From assembly GCA_918797485.1 (NCBI GenBank), contig CAKKNE010000006.1:2232001-2296000 (forward strand): a stretch of 64,000 nt of DNA, written 5' to 3'. Below are positions 20,437-29,810 of this stretch, piece after piece; position 1 is the stretch's first letter, and the number at the start of each line of letters is the position of its first letter. The notes beneath the pieces are model-generated. The model was not told the DNA's origin. It was given only the letters and a program-made list of their open reading frames with translations, and did not search any database. The position numbers and the translations under genes were made by a program. Origin of the DNA: Pelagomonas calceolata. Its lineage: Eukaryota.

Positions 20437-21324
20437 ATGGGCGGCTTCGGCTCGCCCGGCGGCGGACGGGGACGAGGCGGCAAGGGCCGCGGGAGAGGAG
20501 GAGGCAAGGGCGGCCGCGGCAGAGGCGGCGGCAAGGGCAAGGGCCGCGGCAAAGGAGGCAAAGGCAAGGGCAAGGGCAAGGGCGGCGCCAAGGGCGGCGC
20601 CAAGGTCGTCGTCGAGCCTCATAGACATGAGGGCGTCTTCATCGCGAGAGGCAAGGAGGACGTCATTGTGACCCTCAACAGCACCCCCGGCAAGGACGTC
20701 TATGGGGAAAAAAGAATTAGTGTGGACGGCCCGGCGAACGAGGACGGCACGACGACCAAGATTGAATACAGAGTGTGGAATCCGTTCCGCTCGAAGCTGT
20801 GCGCCGCAATCCTCGGCGGCGTCGATACGATACACATGAAACCCGGTAGCAAAGTTTTATACTTGGGAGGCGCCGCGGGTACCACAGTATCCCACGTGTC
20901 TGATCTAGTCGGCCCGCAGGGCTGCGTCTACGCCGTCGAGTTCTCGCACCGGCCGGGCAGAGATTTGATTAATATGGCCAAGCATAGAACCAACGTCATT
21001 CCCATAATAGAAGATGCCAGACACCCGCTCAAGTACCGCATGTTGGTGGGCATGGTCGATTGTGTGTTTGCGGACGTCGCGCAGCCGGATCAAGCCCGAA
21101 TTGTCGCGTTAAATTCGCAGTACTTCCTCAAGGCGGGCGGCGGCTTCGTGGTCTCGATCAAGGCGTCGTGTATTGATAGTACGGCGACGCCGGAGGCCGT
21201 CTTCGCCGCCGAGGTCGCGAAGCTCCAGAAGGACCAGTTCAAGCCCAAGGAGCAGCTGACGCTCGAGCCGTACGAGCGCGACCACGCGGTCGTGGTTGGC
21301 TTGTACCGGCCGCCCAAGAAGTAG
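20437..21324 (+). CDS. FBL: Fibrillarin (rRNA 2'-O-methyltransferase)
   Basis: GAR domain; [55 protein letters not shown]. Confidence 0.98.
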   Translation: MGGFGSPGGGRGRGGKGRGRGGGKGGRGRGGGKGKGRGKGGKGKGKGKGGAKGGAKVVVEPHRHEGVFIARGKEDVIVTLNSTPGKDVYGEKRISVDGPANEDGTTTKIEYRVWNPFRSKLCAAILGGVDTIHMKPGSKVLYLGGAAGTTVSHVSDLVGPQGCVYAVEFSHRPGRDLINMAKHRTNVIPIIEDARHPLKYRMLVGMVDCVFADVAQPDQARIVALNSQYFLKAGGGFVVSIKASCIDSTATPEAVFAAEVAKLQKDQFKPKEQLTLEPYERDHAVVVGLYRPPKK

Positions 21325-21632
21325 CCTACTACGCGTCGCCTAAGGGTCGCTCCACCACGTTTAGTATCTCGTCGGCCAGCCTTGCCGGGGCTCGGGGCGT
21401 GCCTAGGGGCTCAAAAACGTATGAGGCCGGGGGCGGGAAAAACATTCATGGCGAGAAGCTCGGTACAACGAGGTCCGTACTACTAGATTCAGAGAGCCGA
21501 CCCTTACTCGGGCGCCAGAGCGTAGTCGTGCTCGGGGGAAGAGGGGAAGGGCGCGCGGCTCCGGCGTCGTCTCGCGCCGCGGCCCGTTGTTTGGGGGAAG
21601 GGAGACTGTCGCAACAGCCCTTGAAAGCGCCG

Positions 21633-22004
21633 CTAGGGCGCGACCGCGGCCAACGGTTCGTCCTCGTCGCCGCAGTCCTTGATCTCGCACGTGCAGCCGC
21701 CCTCGCCGCCGTTGAAGCACGTGTCGACGCCGCCCTGGCCGACGACGTAGTTGTAGCCGCCCGACGCGGCGAGCGTGTCGTCGCCCCAGCCGCCGTCCAA
21801 ATAGATGTAGTCGCCGACGGCCTCCACAATGTCGTCGCCGTCGTCGGCGTAGACGTAGAGCTCGTTGCCGGCGACGCGCGCGCAGTCGTCGTAGGGCGTG
21901 AGCGTGACCTCGGTGCCGTCGGGCACGGCGCCGTCGAAGCAGACGCACGACGACGCGTCGCCGAAGTCGAAGCCGTTGCTGCCGTCGACGACGGCGCATA
22001 AGCG
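21633..22004 (-). CDS. Fragment with RTX/hemolysin-type Ca-binding GGxGxD-like repeats (5' end unresolved)
   Basis: YADDGDDIV, LDGGWGDDTL, VGQGGVDTC; an in-frame stop or possible 3' splice site lies just upstream. Confidence 0.45.
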   Translation of the reverse strand, partial: RLCAVVDGSNGFDFGDASSCVCFDGAVPDGTEVTLTPYDDCARVAGNELYVYADDGDDIVEAVGDYIYLDGGWGDDTLAASGGYNYVVGQGGVDTCFNGGEGGCTCEIKDCGDEDEPLAAVAP

Positions 22005-22251
22005 CTAAGTCTTTCCGACGTATTCAGCTTGCGAAACTTTTAGAGTGAAGCACTGAGTCCGCCGCGGGGGGGCGCGAACGGTCGGAACGTTGAAAGAGTC
22101 ACGCTGCGATGAGTACAACTAGCGCCGAGGTAAATGCGCCTCCTCGACTCCTGTTTTTCACGCCCAGGATTTTCTCCGTAAACCTGCCCGTAGGTCTTCA
22201 GCGGCCTAAGAGGCGTCCGAGACGGCTGCGAGGCCGGTTTTTCCAAATGGT

Positions 22252-22274
22252 GCTAGCGTCATAAACACACTAGG
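22252..22274. promoter_or_regulatory. CTAG-pair upstream element
   Basis: GCTAGCGTCATAAACACACTAGG. Confidence 0.5.
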
Positions 22275-22508
22275 AAACTCTGTCCCGATGAGCTTCATGC
22301 GCGCCCATTTAGCTGCCCGAGGCTGCCCCGTTACGTCCTGAACGTTGAAACCCCGCACGATACGCCCCGACGCCACGCCGCCGCACGCCTTAGCCGCCCT
22401 CCGCGCCCGCGACACGCCTCCGCCGTCGGCGAGTGCGTAAATATGAGCCTTCTACGTGGTTCACGAGACGGAACGGATCGCTTGACGCGCATAAATAACA
22501 CAGCCAAC

Positions 22509-23141
22509 TTAGTCCAGTAGCCACTCGTCCCCCGACGCCTTCTCCGTAGGAGCCTCCTCCGATGCCGCCGCCGGCGGCGCCTCGTCTTCGTCATCGTCCA
22601 AACCCAAAGCCGCGTCCAATAAATCGGACGCGTCGTCCGCGAAGAGCGGGTCCTTCTCCTCCTTGACGACCGGTTCGATGTCGTCCACCGCCTCGACCTT
22701 TGTCGTCTTCTTCTGCTGCTTCTTTTTTCTTGGTTTATTGATTTTCTCGTCCTCGTCGTCGTCGACGAAGCGCCCCGCCTTCTCGAGGCGCTCCCAGGGA
22801 CTGAGCATGGCCGGGTGGTTCGCGGGAAGCCGCGCGTGGAAGGGCGCCTCGAAGAACGCGTGCGGCGCGATATTTGCTACTAAACTCAGATCTTCCAGAG
22901 GAGCGTTGTCTCTGGCAGTACCGGGCACGCAGGTCCCTTCGTAGGTCTCGTCGGGCACGTATTCGTCGGGCCAGTCCCGGAACCGATCTAGAGTAGAGTC
23001 CTCGTCCTGCTCGACATAACCAGAACCCTTCGGGGCGTAGAGGTGCCGTTTGATTGAGTGCCTCGTTGGTGTTGTCGTGACGTGGAACGCTGTTGTTGTG
23101 CAGGCGGTCGCGGCGACGGCGGCGCGGCGGAGGCGGCCCAT
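22509..23141 (-). CDS. Hypothetical plastid-targeted protein; its predicted 5'UTR intron hosts tRNA-Trp
   Basis: Leader ...ATACTTTAF (ASAFAP-like); acidic C-terminus. Confidence 0.65.
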   Translation of the reverse strand: MGRLRRAAVAATACTTTAFHVTTTPTRHSIKRHLYAPKGSGYVEQDEDSTLDRFRDWPDEYVPDETYEGTCVPGTARDNAPLEDLSLVANIAPHAFFEAPFHARLPANHPAMLSPWERLEKAGRFVDDDEDEKINKPRKKKQQKKTTKVEAVDDIEPVVKEEKDPLFADDASDLLDAALGLDDDEDEAPPAAASEEAPTEKASGDEWLLD

Positions 23142-23154
23142 CGCTGTTCTGTGC

Positions 23155-23308
23155 CTGTGGGTGTACCGTAGGCGTTGCCGCCATGGCCACCTGTAAAGTG
23201 ACCGATACGCGATTCGAACGCGTAACCTTCAGGACTGGAATCTGACGCGCTGCCGTTGCGCCAATCGGTCGGTCGAAGACAAGTAACGATGAGACGCCGC
23301 CGCGGTAC
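23155..23308 (-). mobile_element. tRNA-carrying intron element, copy 1 (154 nt)
   Basis: Minus strand GTACCGCGGCGGCGTC...tRNA...GCCTACGGTACACCCACAG|GCAC, ending 14 nt before ATG 23141. Confidence 0.65.
23199..23270 (-). tRNA. trnW: tRNA-Trp (CCA)
   Basis: GACCGAT TGGCGCAACGGCAGCGCG TCAGA TTCCAGT CCTGA AGGTT ACGCG TTCGAAT CGCGT ATCGGTC A: 7-bp acceptor stem, CCA anticodon, TTCGAAT T-loop. Confidence 0.93.
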
Positions 23309-23479
23309 GGCTCGGGGACGCCCTTGGGCAGTGCCGGCGAGCGCTGCTAAAGGCCGGCGTTGCGGCGCTGTTGTTGCCGTGTCGCAGTGTTGGCGTCAAG
23401 GACACTTGTGCACACACTTCTTTACTCGGTGACGGCGTGCAAGTGTGGTTTTGCGCCGCTGTTCAACTCTGGCGCAGGT

Positions 23480-23503
23480 GCTAGCGGCATGTAAGACACT
23501 AGC
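23480..23503. promoter_or_regulatory. CTAG-pair upstream element
   Basis: GCTAGCGGCATGTAAGACACTAGC upstream of the tRNA-hosting gene. Confidence 0.65.
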
Positions 23504-23632
23504 ACCGAATTGAGAAACGCGCGTGCGTGCGTAACCCGCACATGACAACGCTGCAGAGGCGGTTGCCGCCGCCGACGGACACGACGCAACGCGCAGGCGC
23601 CGGAGCACGCCACCGAAGCACAGAACTAAAAC

Positions 23633-24145
23633 TTACACCGTCGCATCGTCCGAAGGCGGCACGACGGGCGCCAGGCCGTTCCCATCTCTGGAATCCAAGC
23701 TCAGCGTCACGGGCCCATCATTAATTAACGACACGTCCATCATCGCCCCGAACCTCCCGTCGGCGAGCTTGGAACTTTCGGGCAGCTCTCCTCTCAAATC
23801 ACTCAGAAACGTCTCGTAGAACGCCTTAGCAGGCTCCGGGCCCATCGCGTGGCGCCAGTCGAGGTTGCCGCGCCCCTTCTTTCGTTTCAATTCGCCGTAC
23901 AACGTGAACTGCGAGACGCACAACACATCTAAACCAAGGCTCCCGACCGAATGCTTCCAGGGCCGCCCGTTTTCGTCGGCCCAGAAGTTCGTTTTCAGGA
24001 TGCGTTCGCGGCACCAAGCAGCGTCCGCGTCCACGTCGTCCCGGTGGATGCCCACGAGCACGAGCATGCCTTTGCCGATCTCGCCGACGACCTCCTCGTC
24101 GACGGTCACGCTCGCGCGCTTGACGCGCTGGAGCACGAGCCGCAT
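23633..24145 (-). CDS. DTD1: D-aminoacyl-tRNA deacylase
   Basis: MRLVLQRVKRASVTVD, LCVSQFTLYG, GRFGAMMDVSLINDGPVT. Confidence 0.95.
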   Translation of the reverse strand: MRLVLQRVKRASVTVDEEVVGEIGKGMLVLVGIHRDDVDADAAWCRERILKTNFWADENGRPWKHSVGSLGLDVLCVSQFTLYGELKRKKGRGNLDWRHAMGPEPAKAFYETFLSDLRGELPESSKLADGRFGAMMDVSLINDGPVTLSLDSRDGNGLAPVVPPSDDATV

Positions 24146-24241
24146 CGCCCGAGCGCTTGTCGCTGCGAGGAGCAGCAGAACTTGTGGGCGCGCCAGCGTA
24201 CAGTGATGGGTCGCCTCGGCAGCGTCAATCGGAAGCCGTGC

Positions 24242-24391
24242 CTGTGGGTGTACCGTCGGCATATCTCACCTGTTAAGCCCAGTGACCGATACGCGATTCG
24301 AACGCGTAACCTTCAGGACTGGAATCTGACGCGCTACCGTTGCGCCAATCGGTCGAAGAGAGGGCACGCAGAGGAGACGCGGCCGCGGTAC
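24242..24391 (-). mobile_element. tRNA-carrying intron element, copy 2 (150 nt)
   Basis: Minus strand GTACCGCGGCCGCGTC...tRNA...GCCGACGGTACACCCACAG|GCAC, upstream of the DTD1 ATG. Confidence 0.65.
24283..24354 (-). tRNA. trnW: tRNA-Trp (CCA)
   Basis: Same cloverleaf as 23199..23270 with D-loop GGTAG; identical to copy 3. Confidence 0.95.
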
Positions 24392-24876
24392 GAGGACGCC
24401 CTTGGCAGGTGAGTGTCGTGCGTGCTGCGAGACGCTCCAGCCAAGTGAGCCTGCACAGGCTCTGCGGCGAGAGAATTGCCCGGCGAAGCTGCTGCGGCAG
24501 GCGTAGGACTCGCGAGCGACAACTGCACCGAGTCTGGCTACTGCTGCGCGTAGCGTTGCCGCGTTTCAGACTCCCAATGCGAGAGCCTGCAGCTGCCTCT
24601 GCGAGGCTTAGTCTTTCAACCCAACGACACACGTCGTACGGGACACAGCACACGTCTGGAAGTCTCGTGGAAGCCTAGACAACAAAAAGCGGAGCAGCTC
24701 TCCGTGATGCACAGCGCGGCTGCGGAGACTTTGGGCAGCAAAACGCCGTCCGCGCGTGCGCCTCTCCGGCGCCTACGAGCCGTTCGTAGCTCACGGTCGA
24801 GCTGTTCGTCGCTCACGGTCGCAAAACTAAAAAGGGCTGTGTGAGGATAGCTGCCCAGCTCACAAGGGCATCAGCC

Positions 24877-25629
24877 ATGACCGAGGCCCTGCAGGCAGCC
24901 AGACCCCACCACCACGAAACCCTCGTGAACCAATTCCACGACGAGTTCGTCACGCCATCAGAGTTGAGAGATAGGGTAGAGGGCTGCCTGAAAGAGCGAC
25001 CGTCGAAAACGAAGGGCAAAATACCAAAAGAGGGCGAAGGCACCGTCACGGCCGCCCACTTATTACCAGTAAAACACCCGCAGTACCCGGCCCACGCTTT
25101 GCTCAAAGTGGACGACGTTCGGATCCTCGCGACGCCCGCGCAACTCCTCAAGCTGGCGGACGACGACCCGCGCTTCGGCCGGCTCCGGGAACGGGGCCTC
25201 TACGCCGAGTGGGATCCATCAAATTTTACTGAGAGAAGACTCCGCTACAGCTATATCATAAAAGTGCCCGTCGAACTTAATGGAGGCACTTTCTTCGTAC
25301 GCTCGGCGACGAAGCTGTACGCTCCTCGGGCGCCAGTTGCTACAGTACGACGGCGGTCGCGCTCTCCTAAAAAAAGGCGGCCGCGCACGGCGAAGGAACG
25401 GCAGAACGGTTGTGTGGACCGCAGCGTCGGCTTCCTGGACGCGATGCGCGATGCGTCGTTTAATGCAAGGCGGCGGCGCCAGCGCAGCGTCCGGCGCCTG
25501 GTGAACAGCGACGACTACGACTTCGCGGCCCAGTGGCGCGTGGCGTCGGAGTTCGTGGAGGCGTCCGGCGCGAGGGTGCCTCACGAGGCGCTCGATTGGG
25601 AGGCCATGGATGCCACCGACCTTTTATAA
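24877..25629 (+). CDS. Hypothetical protein
   Basis: 250-aa ORF from ATG 24877; no family recognised. Confidence 0.5.
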   Translation: MTEALQAARPHHHETLVNQFHDEFVTPSELRDRVEGCLKERPSKTKGKIPKEGEGTVTAAHLLPVKHPQYPAHALLKVDDVRILATPAQLLKLADDDPRFGRLRERGLYAEWDPSNFTERRLRYSYIIKVPVELNGGTFFVRSATKLYAPRAPVATVRRRSRSPKKRRPRTAKERQNGCVDRSVGFLDAMRDASFNARRRRQRSVRRLVNSDDYDFAAQWRVASEFVEASGARVPHEALDWEAMDATDLL

Positions 25630-25719
25630 CTTGTTGAGTCTTCTTTTGCGCGTCGACGGCGTATTGGGGGTCCGCATCGATGGCGTGAAATCGAGGCATC
25701 TGTTTCCTAGTATGTCCAT

Positions 25720-26960
25720 ACGCTAGATCACTAGGTCTTAAGGCCCGCCAAAATACACCAGCGATTGAAGGCGCCTTCTACCATCCGAATAGTACATTAT
25801 ATCAACTCCAGCCCAGTTTTCATACATATTGGACGGAACCGGAGCCGACGGCCCGCGCTCGGAGGGCGGGAGAAGAATTCTACTAGACAACTCCCGGGTT
25901 TATGTTCGTTTCCTTCCGTTTGTTGGTGGTAGAGTCCATCCATACCGCTAGAACGCCCAGCTAGACCCATCTCTTACTCCGTAGGCTCCGCGCGAAAGAG
26001 CGACTTCGCGCCCCGCGTTTATACGAATATGGACAACAAGACCTCAACCTGCGAGTATCAGCGACGCCACCATCCAGATGAACCATAACGCCGTTGTTCT
26101 ATTCACAATCGACCGACTTGCCCGTTCTCCGCGGACGACGGTACGTACGCGGAGCACCGGAAAGGCCCCAGACCGGTGGTTTATATAATAAATTTGCGTT
26201 TCGGGCGCTTTAGTAGTGGGACGGGCCAGATAACCGGCTTGATTGTGTACTACATTGCTCCGAGACCCAAAGATGCTCGGCGCGGGTCGTCGGTCTTGCG
26301 AGCCCACGATCTGGCTAGATTTTGCTCCAGACCTGAACCTACGACCATCAGCGCGTGTACCATCACCATGGACCATGACGCGATCATTTGTTCCATGATC
26401 GACCGACTTCCGCGAGGTCCAGATGCAGATGTTCACGTCCCGACCGTGGGCAGCCAAAAGTACCCTTCTTATAATGTAGATGTCATATACTTGTAGTTGA
26501 CTATCGGTGGGGTAGTATGGGGTCCAACGAGACCGCTATTACGATTCCTGGGGGCCCTCGGGTAATTGACGTTTTTGACGGGAACGGGGCGCCATCGGGC
26601 CCAAATTACACACTTTTTTCGGGGGCCGATCGGCTCCTGGAGGCCTCTCGGGGTAGGTCTGGTGGTGGGTAAGCGCCTGCACCGCATACGCCATCGATGC
26701 GGCAGCCTAGAGCTCTGGAAGCCATTGCCAAGTAATTCATGGTTCAATGAGCCGCAGTGGTGAGAGAATTGGTCGATTATGCCCCGAGCCCGGGCGCATG
26801 CGCTATAGGCGATTGCACGTGTATAGTACCGACCATATGCGCCCCTCGGGAGACCTGTTTGGCAGGGATTGACAGGATTCCACTGGTGCGGCCGCCATCG
26901 ACCGTAGGGCGCCCTCGGCCGCGAATTAAAAAAAATTCTTTTTCGGCCCCCAGTACGTGT
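25720..26960. repeat. AT-richer non-coding element with degenerate ~290-bp subunits; homologous to 8580..9130
   Basis: ACCATC-anchored blocks at 25780, 26069 and 26359; ATCGACCGACTT at ~26108 and ~26398. Confidence 0.6.
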
Positions 26961-27027
26961 CCCATTGATCTCTTTGGACCAGTAGCGAACCGAACGGTAC
27001 TCAAGCGGCTGCATGTCGCGATTTGGC

Positions 27028-27051
27028 GCTAGTGTCTTACAAGCCGCTAGC
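27028..27051. promoter_or_regulatory. CTAG-pair upstream element
   Basis: GCTAGTGTCTTACAAGCCGCTAGC, ~235 bp upstream of ATG 27285. Confidence 0.65.
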
Positions 27052-27284
27052 TGCCTCAACCGAGCGGCGCCCGAGAGCGATCGCTTGTGCGGCGTGTGAG
27101 GCCGGCCAGCTTTAGTGAAAAGTCTATATCGCTGCGGTCCATCGATTATCGCTGCCGCGTGTCAAGGCTGCATCATCAATCGAGCACTGCCACTACAGAG
27201 TGCACCCAAGAGAGAGCACCATTGCTGCACGCCACCGACGCGCATCAACAACAAAGACGCGCAGCAACAACAGCACACAACAAA

Positions 27285-28874
27285 ATGGCCGACAGCCAAA
27301 AGTACACCGCCGAGGAGAAAGCGCGCCACGCCGCGCGCGTCAAGGAGCGCGAGGCGCGCAAGAAGGAGCGCCAGAAGCAGAAGAAGGCCCTGACGAAGCA
27401 AGCTTCAATCGCACCACAAGCTACGAACGGCGGCCACAAGACTTATGATGCTTCATTACTCAAACGCGCGAGAAACGTGGGCGGACCCCCGTACGAGGCG
27501 TTTTTGAAATACTTGCCCCATGATTGTACCGAACAGCAAGTCACACAATTCTTCGCGGGCTGCGGTTCGTTGGAAAAAGCGCCTCGCATCCTGAAAGACC
27601 GGGCCACGGGAAGAGTTATAAGAGGCTTCGTGACGTTCGCCGAAGAGCAAGGCTTACAAAACGCTCTACAAAAAGACGGTCATAAGTTAGGTGGAAGAAA
27701 CATCAGCGTCACAATAGCCACAACGCACGGCACGTGCCAGCAGGAGGGCACGCACACGCCGGCGATGGCGTCTGAAGTGGTTGATGTTCTAGGTGCTCGA
27801 CATTCGAACGGTGTCTTCGTTGACGGGACTTTTGGAAGAGGCGGACATTCAAGGGAAATCCTGAAAGCGCTGGGTCCGTCGGGACGGTTACATGGCTTCG
27901 ACGTGGACGAGGACGCGATACGAGCCGGTAAACAACTGGAAAAACAGGACTCAAGGTTCACGATCCACCGGGCGCCCTTCTCGCAGATGCTCAAACACCT
28001 AGGAGACAAGGTACAAGGTGTTCTGCTGGATGTTGGTATTTCTTCACCTCAACTGGATGGCGGGCGAGGGTTTCGTCCGGAAGTGGAAGGTCCTGTTGAT
28101 ATGAGATTTGACGCCTCTGAGCAGTCCGAGACGGCGTTGCAGTACCTCGTACGAGTTTCAAGACAAGAATTAGCGGCTGCTCTAGAAGCGTTCGGTGGGG
28201 AGCGGCCCGCGCATGCTAGACGCATAGCCGACGCCGTCGCGCTCGCGAAGGCCGAGGACCCGTCACTCTCAAGCATGACGACGTCGAAACTAGCGCAATT
28301 GGCCTCGGCGGCGAAGGGGCACCGGGAGTACCAGCAGATGCACCCGGCCAAGATGACTTTTCAGGCTCTTAGGGTCGCGGTGAACCGGGAATTTGCCGAG
28401 TTAAGGGATGGCCTGGAAGCGGCGACGGAGGCTTGTGGCTTGAATGGCGCCGTTGCGGTCCTGACGTGGAAGCACGCCGAGTGTGCGGTTGTGGTCGATT
28501 TTCAGGCGACGCACTCATTGGCCGAGAAGGATTCAATGCTACTCAAGTATAGTAGTGGTGTCTCAGATTCTTGGGGCGTCGTGGTAGATCAAGCGCGGCG
28601 GCCCACGGATGCGGAACTGCGGCGCAACTCGCGGGCTAGGTCGGCCGTCTTGCATGTGCATAGGAAGTCAAGAGGGACGCGGTTGTCTGACTTGGAGGCG
28701 AAGGCTGGTGCAGTGTTGAATTGGGCGCCTCATCATATACCAGTGCCGGCGGAGCAGAGAGCCGGCTGCGACCGCTGGGGCGCCGGTGCTGGAAAGAAGA
28801 AGAAGAAGCGCGACGAGACGCCCGAGGAGCGCAAGGCTCGGAAGAAGGCGAAGAAGGCTCGCCGCAAAGAGTAA
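27285..28874 (+). CDS. RRM plus RsmH/MraW-family methyltransferase fusion
   Basis: RRM (AFLKYLP...RGFVTF) followed by HTPAM, FVDGTFGRGGHS, LLDVGISSPQLD, GPVDMRFD, HPAKMTFQALRVAVNRE, NSRARSAVL. Confidence 0.85.
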   Translation: MADSQKYTAEEKARHAARVKEREARKKERQKQKKALTKQASIAPQATNGGHKTYDASLLKRARNVGGPPYEAFLKYLPHDCTEQQVTQFFAGCGSLEKAPRILKDRATGRVIRGFVTFAEEQGLQNALQKDGHKLGGRNISVTIATTHGTCQQEGTHTPAMASEVVDVLGARHSNGVFVDGTFGRGGHSREILKALGPSGRLHGFDVDEDAIRAGKQLEKQDSRFTIHRAPFSQMLKHLGDKVQGVLLDVGISSPQLDGGRGFRPEVEGPVDMRFDASEQSETALQYLVRVSRQELAAALEAFGGERPAHARRIADAVALAKAEDPSLSSMTTSKLAQLASAAKGHREYQQMHPAKMTFQALRVAVNREFAELRDGLEAATEACGLNGAVAVLTWKHAECAVVVDFQATHSLAEKDSMLLKYSSGVSDSWGVVVDQARRPTDAELRRNSRARSAVLHVHRKSRGTRLSDLEAKAGAVLNWAPHHIPVPAEQRAGCDRWGAGAGKKKKKRDETPEERKARKKAKKARRKE

Positions 28875-28884
28875 TTGTAGTGTG

Positions 28885-29409
28885 TTAAATGACGTTAAGC
28901 CCGAAGCCCAGCCCCTTCGACAGCACGACCGAGCGCAGCCTCACTTGAAAATAGACGTCCGCGTTCGGCGGGATGATGGATCCTGCTTTTTCGCCGGACT
29001 TGGGGTAGCCTGTGCTACCATAAGCGAGCTTCGCCGGGAGCTTGCACCGCCGCGTGCCGCCGATGTTCATGTCGGCCAGGAGGCACTCCTCCAATCCCGG
29101 CGCTACTTTTTTTTCGCCGAGTTTGACTTTGATAGGCTTCTCGAAGCGCGAGAACTCCTTGCCCTCGAAGTCGTTGAGCCACGCGATGTAGTCGATCGTG
29201 ACGGTGTTATCTATTTTTGCCGGGCCGTCGCCCTGGCCAACCTTGACGTCGTAGTACTCTAAACCGGAGGCGGTTTTGGTCATCTCTTGGGCATGCGTCG
29301 GCGTCGGCAGGGCGAGGGCCGCGGGCGCGCCTAGCATCCATGCGCGGCGGTGCATCGGTTTCAGAGCGCTTGCTGCACATGCCGTGGCTGCGATGGCGAG
29401 GAGCTGCAT
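28885..29409 (-). CDS. FKBP-type peptidyl-prolyl isomerase, plastid/thylakoid lumen
   Basis: TASGLEYYDVKVGQG, MNIGGTRR, LAYG, IPPNADVYFQV; signal peptide plus RR lumen-type leader. Confidence 0.9.
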   Translation of the reverse strand: MQLLAIAATACAASALKPMHRRAWMLGAPAALALPTPTHAQEMTKTASGLEYYDVKVGQGDGPAKIDNTVTIDYIAWLNDFEGKEFSRFEKPIKVKLGEKKVAPGLEECLLADMNIGGTRRCKLPAKLAYGSTGYPKSGEKAGSIIPPNADVYFQVRLRSVVLSKGLGFGLNVI

Positions 29410-29535
29410 TTTTGCTAGCTAAAAATCGTAGTAATGCAGCAACAAGAACGCAGTGGTCGATTGAAGCAATCCGCAGTCAGCTGAGAGCACCAATCGCGCG
29501 TTTGCAGCTCACTTTTTGCCTGGCTGCAGCTGCAT

Positions 29536-29559
29536 GCTAGTGCCTTACATGCCGCTAGC
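29536..29559. promoter_or_regulatory. CTAG-pair upstream element
   Basis: GCTAGTGCCTTACATGCCGCTAGC between divergent genes. Confidence 0.65.
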
Positions 29560-29810
29560 TCTAAGTTTCCGGCTTCTCTTTGTCCGGGACGATTTAGCGG
29601 CCGTCGGCTTCAGCTGGACATCCCAGGCACTTATTCGTGAGATTTCTTGTGACCGCAGCGACCTCTCGGCTCCCAGGAGCTAGATACGCTAGCACCCCCT
29701 CAGTGGCACCTGGCCTGCAGCATCGCAGCGGTGGTCGGATCGGTGCACAAGCATCGTAGCGTCGCATAGGTGCGCAGTCGTCGCTGCGTCGTCGCGGATC
29801 GTAAGAAAAA

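Noticed and set aside
23199..23270. tRNA-derived SINE interpretation of the tRNA cassettes
   Set aside because: The tRNAs are intact and nearly identical, with no poly(A) or simple-repeat tail and no evident TSD. The shared flanks are splice-site-bearing inverted ends instead.
24146..24262. N-terminal extension of DTD1 (MPTVHPQ...)
   Set aside because: That ATG lies inside the predicted tRNA-bearing intron; the conserved DTD start is MRLVLQRV at 24145.
26044..27059. ORFs inside the AT-richer repeat island as a transposase
   Set aside because: Short, atypical codon usage, and no DDE, RT or HUH motifs recognised.
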